In this document: positions 9,487 through 18,003 of the stretch, one piece after another | Position numbering within the stretch: the first letter of the stretch is position 1 | Layout: each line of letters opens with the position of its first letter | NCBI GenBank assembly: GCA_049611865.1 | Contig: JBMZAY010000010.1 | Span: forward strand, 20,354 to 84,353 | From: Crocinitomicaceae bacterium | GTDB lineage: Bacteria; Bacteroidota; Bacteroidia; Flavobacteriales_D; Crocinitomicaceae | Direction: 5' to 3' | DNA length: 64,000 bases | Made by a program: the position numbers and the translations under genes | Notes under the pieces: model-generated | Seen by the model: the letters and a program-made list of their open reading frames with translations, nothing else | Databases searched by the model: none | Told to the model about the DNA's origin: nothing

Positions 9487-10996
9487 GATATTACTTTTCA
9501 TATTAGCCTTGCTGCTCATTTCACACGCTGGACTGGCACAATTATCCGTTGAGCCACTTCACTACCGTACTCGGATTAACAATGACTCACTTTATTTTGA
9601 AGACAATCAATCAATTCATTCAGGCATTTTACCTCTTATTACAAACAATTATAATCGAAAAATAGGCGTTGATAAAGTCCCCATAATTAAGCGCAAAAAC
9701 AGTCATTTAAGAATTTACCCTCTAGCTAATTTGACAGGAGGATATGATCTCAATGCAAACAACCCAGGCGCGGTTTTTAATCTCGGCGCAGGATTAGGAA
9801 TGGACTACAGCGCTTCCAAACTTTTTTTAACTGGGAAATTTCTGCCTTTTTATGCGAATGCGGCTTATATATCGGACTCGACGCAAAGAAGCTTTGATAT
9901 GTTTCCAGGGGCAAGTAGAAGTATAGCAAACCAAACCTATCATTTTAGTGAGTTATTGATTGGCTACAAACCCAATAAATTCTTTACTTTTTTGGGAGGA
10001 TATGGTCGCAATTTCTTTGGAGAAGGGTATCGTTCTCTCTTGCTTTCTGATAATGCAACGGGCAATCCATTTTTCAAAATCGAAACGCAATTTGGAGACA
10101 TTAAATATGTCAATCTTTATCAAGCTTGGAAAGACAATACCGTTGATCCATTTGATCGGAGTTTAGATCGTCCAAAATATGCGGCGATGCATTACATCAG
10201 CTGGAATGTAACGGGAGAATTCAACGTAAGTGTTTTTGAGACAATAGTTTGGCAAGCAAATGACACCTTAGTTAATAGAGGTTTTGATCCAAACTATCTG
10301 AATCCAATCGTGTTTTATCGCCCTGTTGAATACGGAAACGGATCAGCGGATAATGTACTCTTAGGGGCAAATTTATCGTACAAAATTGATCGATCAAACT
10401 GCCTTTACACACAAATCATATTAGACGACTTTTTACTCAAAGAAATTCGTGCACGTTCGAGGTGGTGGGCAAATAAATACGGTTTTCAATTTGGTTATAA
10501 ATCGTCCGATTTTGCTGAGGTGGACGACCTTTATTTTCAAACAGAAATTAATGTGGTACGTCCGTTCACCTTTTCACACCGGACCTCTACTCCATCTTAT
10601 GGTCACCTCAACGCTTCTGTAACACATCCTGTAGGAGCGAATTTTTGGGAAGCATTGAATATCGTTTCCAAACCGATTGGAAATTTTAGATTAACCAATA
10701 AAATGACTTACAGTGGTTATGGTATGGATACATCCCAAACGAGCTATGGTCAGAACATATTTGAGCCTTACACAAACCGTGAACAAGAGTATGATCATTT
10801 TATCATGCAGGGACTGAAGCACAATGTTTTCATTAACAATCTAACGGTAGAGATGCCACTATTAAAATCTGTAGAATTAATGGCATTTTTCAGTTACCAA
10901 ATGCGCTTTGCAACAATTGCCCAAGACAGCTATTTTCAGCAGCAATTTCAAATAGGAATTCGATCTAGAATTTGGAATAGTTATACTGATTTCTAG
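9479..10996 (+). CDS. RemB/Wzi-like outer-membrane protein, paralog 2
   Basis: Signal peptide, NFFGEGYRSLLLSD, YLNPIVFYRPVEY, DNVLLG, NKYGFQFG, VRPFTFSH. Confidence 0.7.
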   Translation: MNKILLFILALLLISHAGLAQLSVEPLHYRTRINNDSLYFEDNQSIHSGILPLITNNYNRKIGVDKVPIIKRKNSHLRIYPLANLTGGYDLNANNPGAVFNLGAGLGMDYSASKLFLTGKFLPFYANAAYISDSTQRSFDMFPGASRSIANQTYHFSELLIGYKPNKFFTFLGGYGRNFFGEGYRSLLLSDNATGNPFFKIETQFGDIKYVNLYQAWKDNTVDPFDRSLDRPKYAAMHYISWNVTGEFNVSVFETIVWQANDTLVNRGFDPNYLNPIVFYRPVEYGNGSADNVLLGANLSYKIDRSNCLYTQIILDDFLLKEIRARSRWWANKYGFQFGYKSSDFAEVDDLYFQTEINVVRPFTFSHRTSTPSYGHLNASVTHPVGANFWEALNIVSKPIGNFRLTNKMTYSGYGMDTSQTSYGQNIFEPYTNREQEYDHFIMQGLKHNVFINNLTVEMPLLKSVELMAFFSYQMRFATIAQDSYFQQQFQIGIRSRIWNSYTDF

Positions 10997-11068
10997 AACG
11001 TTGAACGCTTTTGGCCTATTTTAGAATGATTCTGAATAAAAACATCTCTTAAAATGCTACCTTTTTAT

Positions 11069-11076
11069 TAAATTTG
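11069..11076 (+). promoter_or_regulatory. -7 promoter element (TAAATTTG) of the cyoE-cox operon
   Basis: Exact TAnnTTTG, 22 nt before the ATG. Confidence 0.55.
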
Positions 11077-11098
11077 CATTACCAATTCACAATGAGTA

Positions 11099-11995
11099 AT
11101 GGTAGCTGAAGATACTGTGGCAGAAAAAACGCAATCCACCTCGAAAATTAAAGACTATGCTTTGCTTCTTAAGCTTCGCTTGGCATTTCTAGTGGTTCTC
11201 TCTGCTTTATCGGGGTATCTTTTTGTAGGAGGTGATTTCAATTTGAATTTTGTTTATCTGATTATTGGTGGTTTTCTTATAACCGGCGCATCCAATGGAT
11301 TTAACCAAATTATTGAGCGTGACTTAGATAAGATGATGAATCGCACATCCAATCGACCTATTCCTTCAGGAAGAATGAGCATTAACGAGGCATTCATCGT
11401 GTCAACGACTTCTGGAATAATCGGGACATTCCTATTGTTCCAGATTAATTATTTTGCCGGAATACTGGGATTATTGGCTTTTGTTATGTATGTATTCATT
11501 TACACGCCGTTGAAACGCATAACCCCGTGGGCTGTTTTTGTTGGTGCATTTCCAGGCGCCATTCCACCTATGTTGGGTGTTTTAGCAGTTACAGGGACGT
11601 TTCAAGGAGAGAACGGATTAATCGCTGGCCTTTTATTTTTCATCCAATTTGTATGGCAATTCCCGCATTTTTGGGCAATTGCATGGGTACTTGACGATGA
11701 CTATGCCAAAGCTGGTTTCTCGCTATTACCAAGTAAAAAAAGAAAGTCAAAACGATCCGCATTTCACATCATGACATACACCCTACTTATGGTGCCTGTC
11801 AGCATTTTACCTTGGACACTCGAATGGACATCTGATATCACATTAATCGTCGCAACATTGGCGGGAATGTGGTTCTTTGTAAAAGCATATATGCTCTACA
11901 TCCGTTTGGATGATAAATCTGCCCGAAAACTCATGTTTGCCTCATTCATTTACTTACCCATTATCCAATTTTTGTACGTATTTAATAAAATTTAA
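11099..11995 (+). CDS. cyoE: Protoheme IX farnesyltransferase (heme o synthase)
   Basis: NQIIERDLDKMMNRTSNRPIPSG, YTPLKR, GAFPGAIPP, WQFPHFWAIAW, DDYAKAG. Confidence 0.96.
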   Translation: MVAEDTVAEKTQSTSKIKDYALLLKLRLAFLVVLSALSGYLFVGGDFNLNFVYLIIGGFLITGASNGFNQIIERDLDKMMNRTSNRPIPSGRMSINEAFIVSTTSGIIGTFLLFQINYFAGILGLLAFVMYVFIYTPLKRITPWAVFVGAFPGAIPPMLGVLAVTGTFQGENGLIAGLLFFIQFVWQFPHFWAIAWVLDDDYAKAGFSLLPSKKRKSKRSAFHIMTYTLLMVPVSILPWTLEWTSDITLIVATLAGMWFFVKAYMLYIRLDDKSARKLMFASFIYLPIIQFLYVFNKI

Positions 11996-12000
11996 AAATT

Positions 12001-13062
12001 GTGGACAAAATCGAGAAGAATCAGGAGATATCGCCGGAATTAAATGCTAAGATGAAGAAGAATCTCCTTTGGATTTTCATCTTTGCGGTGGTGATGATTT
12101 TTGCAGGATTAACGAGTGGTTACCTTGTCTCTAGAGGGGGGAATTTTTGGGTAAGTATCAGTATGCCAACGGCATTTCAAATTAGTACTGCATCCATTCT
12201 TTTAAGTAGTGGATTTCTTTTAAAAGCGCGATGGGCAGTCAAGAACAGCAAATCAACTGTTTTAAAGCTTTCGTTGGGTCTAGCCTTTTTTCTGGGTGCA
12301 ACTTTTGGAGTTTCACAATTCATTGGATGGACGCAATTAACCGAAAATGGCAATGTGCTTTCTGGAGAAATCATAAATATTAGGGGGAAATATGGAAAAT
12401 ACTTCACTTTAATCTACGAAGGAAAAGAAATCAGTTTTGACGGCTATGATTTTTACATAAAAGGCGAAATCATTTCAGAGGAATTAGCGACAGAGATGAA
12501 AACATTTGCTCAGTCCTTGATTGATGGATCGCAATCAGAAAACAAAGAATACCAACTGACCGATTACGGTACTAAATTTGCTATTCGTTTCTCCAATAAC
12601 CTATTGACTTACGAAAACAAATCGATTAAGTCGAACGGCTCTTTACTGTCTGATGTACAACATGATAGGCTTTATCATTTCGCAGACAATATCGCCAATG
12701 ACAAGGGAGACTTTATCATGAAAGGAAAATACGGAGAAGATTACATCATTTATTACGACAGTGAAGCGTTAGAATATAAGAACAGACAGTTTTACTGGAA
12801 AGGAGAGCCCCTTTCGAAAAAGAAAGTAAATGACCTGAATGCTCAAAAAAATACAGCTAGTTCATACATCTATGCTTTTACAGGAATGCATTTCTTGCAC
12901 TGGCTAGGTGGTGTATTCGCTCTTTTAGTTTTGTTTATCAAGGGGTTACGCTTAAAGTACACAGCCAATAACTATCTTGGATTAACACTGGGCTCTATTT
13001 ACTGGCATTTTCTAGGCATATTGTGGCTTTATTTATATGCATTTTTAATTTTTATTCATTAA
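12001..13062 (+). CDS. Heme-copper oxidase subunit III paralog 1, with a ~160-aa repeat-containing loop insertion
   Basis: VMIFAGLTSGY, STASILLSS, SQFIGW, TGMHFLHWLGG and IYWHFLGILW are subunit III motifs; soluble insert at about aa 122-283. Confidence 0.88.
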   Translation: MDKIEKNQEISPELNAKMKKNLLWIFIFAVVMIFAGLTSGYLVSRGGNFWVSISMPTAFQISTASILLSSGFLLKARWAVKNSKSTVLKLSLGLAFFLGATFGVSQFIGWTQLTENGNVLSGEIINIRGKYGKYFTLIYEGKEISFDGYDFYIKGEIISEELATEMKTFAQSLIDGSQSENKEYQLTDYGTKFAIRFSNNLLTYENKSIKSNGSLLSDVQHDRLYHFADNIANDKGDFIMKGKYGEDYIIYYDSEALEYKNRQFYWKGEPLSKKKVNDLNAQKNTASSYIYAFTGMHFLHWLGGVFALLVLFIKGLRLKYTANNYLGLTLGSIYWHFLGILWLYLYAFLIFIH

Positions 13063-13087
13063 ACTTGCACAACGAAAATTATCTTTT

Positions 13088-13786
13088 ATGGCATCTGCTA
13101 CGCAAGAAATCGATCAATCAAAACTTTGGGATGGAAAAGAGTCACCGTTAAGAGTGAGTTATGGAAAAATCATGATGTGGTTTTTCTTAGTTTCAGACGG
13201 TTTGACTTTTGGAGGATTATTAACTGCTTTGGGATACGCTAAATTCTCAAACCCTGAAACAGCTATGACATGGCCTTCAGGTGAGAGCGTTTTCTTTCAC
13301 TTCCCAGGAACACACGCAACACTTCCATTGTTGTATGTGGCATTCATGACTTTCATTTTGATTGTATCATCGGTAACGATGGTTCTTGCCGTTGAAGCGG
13401 GTCATAGAATGGACAAAAAAGGAGTCATTAAATGGTTGTTATGGACAGTCGTTGGTGGTTTGATTTTCTTAGGATCTCAAGTTTGGGAGTGGAGCACTTT
13501 TATCGCTGGTCCTGATGGAGACTTGTCTACATGGGCAGACAACGCAACACTTGCACACAATCCTTATGGCCCTACTTTATATGCTAATTTCTTCTTCTTT
13601 ATCACTGGTTTCCACGGATTCCACGTATTTACAGGAGTGGTTTTTAACGGTTTGGTACTTAGAAATGTAATTCGAGGGGTTTATCACAAACGTGGCCATT
13701 ATGAAATGGTTGAAAAAGTTGGTTTGTATTGGCACTTCGTTGACCTTGTATGGGTATTTGTATTCACATTCTATTATTTGGTGTAA
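13088..13786 (+). CDS. Heme-copper oxidase subunit III paralog 2
   Basis: MWFFLVSDGLTF, SSVTMVLA, SQVWEW, FFITGFHGFHV, GLYWHFVDLVWVFVF. Confidence 0.92.
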   Translation: MASATQEIDQSKLWDGKESPLRVSYGKIMMWFFLVSDGLTFGGLLTALGYAKFSNPETAMTWPSGESVFFHFPGTHATLPLLYVAFMTFILIVSSVTMVLAVEAGHRMDKKGVIKWLLWTVVGGLIFLGSQVWEWSTFIAGPDGDLSTWADNATLAHNPYGPTLYANFFFFITGFHGFHVFTGVVFNGLVLRNVIRGVYHKRGHYEMVEKVGLYWHFVDLVWVFVFTFYYLV

Positions 13787-13827
13787 GTACCTTTCAGGTA
13801 TTAAGAAATTGATTTAAACGAAAGAAA

Positions 13828-14202
13828 ATGGTAAGAGACGACATTATAGAATATTCGTTAGACACGCACCACTCAGAAGAAGAAGGTGTTAAGATCAGAA
13901 AGAAAATTTGGAAAGTAACTGCGATCCTTTCGATCGTTACGATACTAGAAGTTGCAGTTGGAGCAATGTTCCCTAAAGACGAGGTAAGCGGGGTTGCTTG
14001 GGCATTGATCAAATACGGATATATCTTACTAACAATAGTTAAAGCTGGATACATCGTTCAAGTTTTTATGCACCTTGGTGATGAGCGAAAGTCATTACGT
14101 TACATGGTACTTGTTCCATATATTATCTTTATCCTTTATTTGATCTTCATCATTTTGATGGAAGCTTCATACATCAAAGGAACTTGGGACACACTGCATT
14201 AA
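13828..14202 (+). CDS. Cytochrome c oxidase subunit IV family protein
   Basis: ILSIVTILEV and TIVKAGYIVQVFMHLGDE pattern, 3 TM segments, operon position. Confidence 0.85.
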   Translation: MVRDDIIEYSLDTHHSEEEGVKIRKKIWKVTAILSIVTILEVAVGAMFPKDEVSGVAWALIKYGYILLTIVKAGYIVQVFMHLGDERKSLRYMVLVPYIIFILYLIFIILMEASYIKGTWDTLH

Positions 14203-14232
14203 TCTTGGTATTCGCCAATTAAATTTCACCCT

Positions 14233-14970
14233 ATGAAATCAGGGAAACGCCTGATATTAATGGCACTCGTACTACTTGGGCCTGGCCTTGTCATCTATTT
14301 TATTTCTAAAACAGTGAATAATCATTTTATTCGCTTACCGTACTTAGGATGGGAGTATACCTTGGATTCAAGTGGAAATAAGTTGGACTCCACAGCTTAT
14401 CAAGTTCCAGATTTCACTTTAACCAGTTTTAACGGTGAACCAATAACTAGAGATTCGATCGAGAACAAAGTCATTGTATTATCTACGATTCAGAACAGTT
14501 GCCCTGATTTGAAATCATGTGGCATGAGTATCTTTCACTTTGACGAGATCTTTTTTCATAAATTGGTGAAAAATCAAGACAATTATTGGAACGTAAGGGT
14601 ATTATCAATCCTCACAGACCTTAATGGAAATCCAATTGATAGCATTGCACCTGAACTGAGAGAAGAATTAATTGCCTACGATACTACTGGAATCTGGTGG
14701 TTTGCAACTGGCGATGTTTCTCCATTTTACAACTTTGATTATTACGGTAAAAAATTCATTAACCAACCCGCTTCGAATAAAGATGGCGAAATAGGTGAAA
14801 AAGCTTTCACGAACAGTCTTGTATTAATTGATACCGAAGGGCATATCCGCGCTGTGACAGGCGCAAAGTCAGATACAGATATCAGAAACTTCTTCGATAT
14901 GGTAAAACTGCTTAAAAAGCAGGAATTTGATGAAATTCGGCCCACTGAAGATGTCGCCGAGACCGAATAG
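14233..14970 (+). CDS. Membrane-anchored SCO/thioredoxin-fold protein with a non-canonical motif
   Basis: N-terminal TM, VPDFTLTSFNGEPIT, CPDLKSC, SLVLIDTEGHIR; alignable with the downstream SCO. Confidence 0.65.
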   Translation: MKSGKRLILMALVLLGPGLVIYFISKTVNNHFIRLPYLGWEYTLDSSGNKLDSTAYQVPDFTLTSFNGEPITRDSIENKVIVLSTIQNSCPDLKSCGMSIFHFDEIFFHKLVKNQDNYWNVRVLSILTDLNGNPIDSIAPELREELIAYDTTGIWWFATGDVSPFYNFDYYGKKFINQPASNKDGEIGEKAFTNSLVLIDTEGHIRAVTGAKSDTDIRNFFDMVKLLKKQEFDEIRPTEDVAETE

Positions 14971-15082
14971 GTAAGTACCCATTTTTGATTTTTCTGTCTG
15001 TCAACTTTTCTGCATTATTTTCAAACGCTCCTGAGCTCAACTACTCTAAAAAGTAGTAACTTTGTACACCAAATAAAACGCA

Positions 15083-15736
15083 ATGCGCATATTCTTATAT
15101 ATATTTTTTGCATCACTATTTTTTGCTTGCAATGGCAGCTCTGAGGGAGATGTTCAAAACACTGAACCGAAACATTCTGGTTTACCACATCTCGGTTTTC
15201 ATGACTATGGAGTTGATACCATTTACCATACTGTGCCAGAATTTTCCTTAATGGCTCAAGATAGCTCAATAGTAACGCAAGATATGTTTGAAGGCAAGGT
15301 CCACGTCGCAAACTTCTTTTTCACAAGTTGTCCTGCTATATGCCCGGCTATGATTGAACAAATGAAACGCCTACAAGGAAACACTTCAGATATTGAAGAG
15401 ATCGTTTTCTTATCGCACACCATAGATCCTGAGCGCGATTCAATTCCGCGACTGAACTGGTATATAAATGAGAAAGAAATTGATACGCATAATTGGTATT
15501 TCCTATATGGTGAACGCGAGATCGTGTATGATCTTGGCGAAAACGGATATATGATCAATGCAATGGAAGACGAAGCTGCAGAAGGTGGTTTCTTGCACTC
15601 AGAACATTTTGTATTGATTGATCGAGAAGGTCATATTCGTGGTTTATACGACGGAACCCAAACCGTTGAAGTTGATCGCCTAGAAAAAGACATTCGAAAA
15701 CTATTAAAAATTGAATATGGCCTCAAAACAAAGTAA
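15083..15736 (+). CDS. SCO1/SenC family copper chaperone (lipoprotein)
   Basis: Lipobox FFAC, FFTSCPAICP (CxxxC), FLHSEHFVLIDREGHIRGLYDG. Its own TAACTTTG element lies at 15057-15064. Confidence 0.93.
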   Translation: MRIFLYIFFASLFFACNGSSEGDVQNTEPKHSGLPHLGFHDYGVDTIYHTVPEFSLMAQDSSIVTQDMFEGKVHVANFFFTSCPAICPAMIEQMKRLQGNTSDIEEIVFLSHTIDPERDSIPRLNWYINEKEIDTHNWYFLYGEREIVYDLGENGYMINAMEDEAAEGGFLHSEHFVLIDREGHIRGLYDGTQTVEVDRLEKDIRKLLKIEYGLKTK

Positions 15737-16301
15737 TATTTCAGATATCGAAAAGCGATACAAGCCGCTGGTAATTTTATTGTCGATTGTCATCCCGTTG
15801 GTGGTGGCACTCTTGTTTGGCATGCCAAAAGTTGAAGGTGTCGACCTAAGTTTCTTACCGCCTATTTACGCAAGCATCAACGCATTGACGGCCGTTCTTT
15901 TGGTTGCTGCTGTTATCAGCATCAAAAAAGGAAAACGCATTGTGCATCAACGATTAATGCTCTCAGCTGTATTATGTTCCCTCTTATTCTTAGTTGGCTA
16001 CGTGGCCTATCATTTAACTTCTGATACGACTTTATACGGTGATCTGGATCATAATGGGACGTTATCTGTTAACGAGACCGCTCAGTTAAGTTCAGGGGCC
16101 TATGTATATTATTTTATTCTTGCTTCGCACATCATACTTAGCATTGGGGTTATTCCTTTGGTGATGCAAACTTACTTGAAAGGATGGGCAGACAACTTGG
16201 AATCTCACCGAAAGTGGGCTAAGGTTACTTTCCCAATCTGGTTGTACGTTGCTGTTTCTGGTGTCGTAGTTTATTTGATGATTAGCCCATTTTACGGATA
16301 A
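15717..16301 (+). CDS. DUF420 family membrane protein
   Basis: LPPIYASINA, HQRLM, FLVGYVAYH, YYFILASHIILS, HRKWAKVTFPIWLYVAVSGVVVY; usual position after SCO. Confidence 0.88.
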   Translation: MASKQSNISDIEKRYKPLVILLSIVIPLVVALLFGMPKVEGVDLSFLPPIYASINALTAVLLVAAVISIKKGKRIVHQRLMLSAVLCSLLFLVGYVAYHLTSDTTLYGDLDHNGTLSVNETAQLSSGAYVYYFILASHIILSIGVIPLVMQTYLKGWADNLESHRKWAKVTFPIWLYVAVSGVVVYLMISPFYG

Positions 16302-16302
16302 T

Positions 16303-17121
16303 CTACCAACCTCGCATCTCACAGGGACTACGTTTAAAAGGATTAAAGGTAATCATTACACCGTAGAAGCTGTACCAGTCTTTGTTACCAGGATTACCAC
16401 GATTAGCGCCATCAGCTACATCTATTCTTTTATCAGATAATTCTGCCGCTAGTGGACCATTTTGAGCACGGAGTAGATCTGGATCAACATAATTTCCAGA
16501 AATGTCATCGATATAATCTGTGAAAGTTTTTCGAATACCGTATTCAACTGACACAGCTAATCGATCCTTAATGTTGATTTTAACGCCAACACCTAACGGA
16601 ACAGTTAATTGGTTGAGGGAATAATTATTCTTTCTTTTGAGAGACGTACCTTGTCCTTCGGTACCCAATGGTTGTAACTCAAGATCATTTCCATTGTAAT
16701 TGGTCGTAGGATTCATCCGCATATAAGCCAATTGATAAAAGAAATAAGGTGTTATAGGATGTTTCATATTATTGATATTGTAATTAAACAAATCAATCTC
16801 ATAACCTATTGCCAATTCCATGATCTGCGATTGAAAATTGAGGTTTCGGTTCTGCAATGTCGGATCATTATCCCTGGAATCATCACCATAAACTGAACCA
16901 TAAAAAGCAGTAGCCCGAATATTATGTCGCTTAGATGGGTTATAGCGATAAACAAGCCCAGCTCCAGGTTTGCTGAACCTGAAATGAGAACCTGGATTCA
17001 TATCCCCAATATAATATGAACCTCCTCCGAAAAAACCAATTTCAGTGCAAGTTTTATAAGCTTGCCCATACACCATTGTTGCACACCAACACATTGTGCC
17101 TAATACCAACCCACGTAACAT
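16303..17121 (-). CDS. DUF6089/PorG-like outer-membrane beta-barrel, copy 3
   Basis: Signal peptide, EIGFFGGGSYYIGD, NRNLNF, LQPLGTEGQG, RKTFTDYIDDISG, KDWYSFYG. Confidence 0.75.
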   Translation of the reverse strand: MLRGLVLGTMCWCATMVYGQAYKTCTEIGFFGGGSYYIGDMNPGSHFRFSKPGAGLVYRYNPSKRHNIRATAFYGSVYGDDSRDNDPTLQNRNLNFQSQIMELAIGYEIDLFNYNINNMKHPITPYFFYQLAYMRMNPTTNYNGNDLELQPLGTEGQGTSLKRKNNYSLNQLTVPLGVGVKINIKDRLAVSVEYGIRKTFTDYIDDISGNYVDPDLLRAQNGPLAAELSDKRIDVADGANRGNPGNKDWYSFYGVMITFNPFKRSPCEMRGW

Positions 17122-17170
17122 GGTGTAATAACGGTGAGATTATAGAGATATTGTAAAAAAATAAGAGGAT

Positions 17171-17998
17171 TTACCAGCCTCTCATATCACAAATATTCTT
17201 TTTGAAAGGTTTAAAGGTCAGCATGATGCCATAAAATGAATACCAATCTTTATTCCCAGAATTTCCTCTATTCATGCCTGCGGTCCCCATTCCATTTAAA
17301 CTACGATCTGCTAAATCTGCGGAAAGAGGCCCGTTAGACGCGGCTAAAATATCGGGATCAAGGTAGTTTCCTGATACATCATCTAAATAATCTGTGAATG
17401 TTTTTCGGATGCCATACTCTATAGATATTGCTACACGCTTTCGCAAATTAAACTTAAAGCCAATACCAAGTGGAACGGTAAATTGATTTAAATTATAGCG
17501 TCTAGACTTTGTACCCGGAATACCTGTACCTTGACCTTCCGTACCCAACGGTTGTAAAGCTACTTCATTACCATTAATCTCGGCTTTCGGATTAATTCGA
17601 GTATAGGCAAGTTGATAAAAGAAATAAGGTGTAAACGGATACTTCATATCATTTATTCGATATTTTAAGATGTCAATTTCGAACCCCGCAGCTAATTCAA
17701 TGATTCTTGATTTAAAACTCAAATTTCGATTAACTTGATCGCTGCTTTTGCTCTCTGCGTCAAAGGCAAAAACATTTCCGTAATTAGCTGTAAATCTGAG
17801 CGAATGACGTGTTGATAAATTATATCGAAAAATAAGACCACCTGCTAGTTTACTATCAACGAAATGGCGTGTTCTATTTAGATCTCCGACATAATAAGAA
17901 CCTCCTCCAAAAAAACCCATTTCCGCGCAAGTTTTGAAACCTTGAGCCGAAACCAAATTCACTGATATAAAGCACAATGCAAGAATTAACGATCGCAT
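17171..17998 (-). CDS. DUF6089/PorG-like outer-membrane beta-barrel, copy 2
   Basis: Clear paralog of 16303..17121 with the same motifs. Confidence 0.75.
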   Translation of the reverse strand: MRSLILALCFISVNLVSAQGFKTCAEMGFFGGGSYYVGDLNRTRHFVDSKLAGGLIFRYNLSTRHSLRFTANYGNVFAFDAESKSSDQVNRNLSFKSRIIELAAGFEIDILKYRINDMKYPFTPYFFYQLAYTRINPKAEINGNEVALQPLGTEGQGTGIPGTKSRRYNLNQFTVPLGIGFKFNLRKRVAISIEYGIRKTFTDYLDDVSGNYLDPDILAASNGPLSADLADRSLNGMGTAGMNRGNSGNKDWYSFYGIMLTFKPFKKNICDMRGW

Positions 17999-18003
17999 GC
18001 AAA

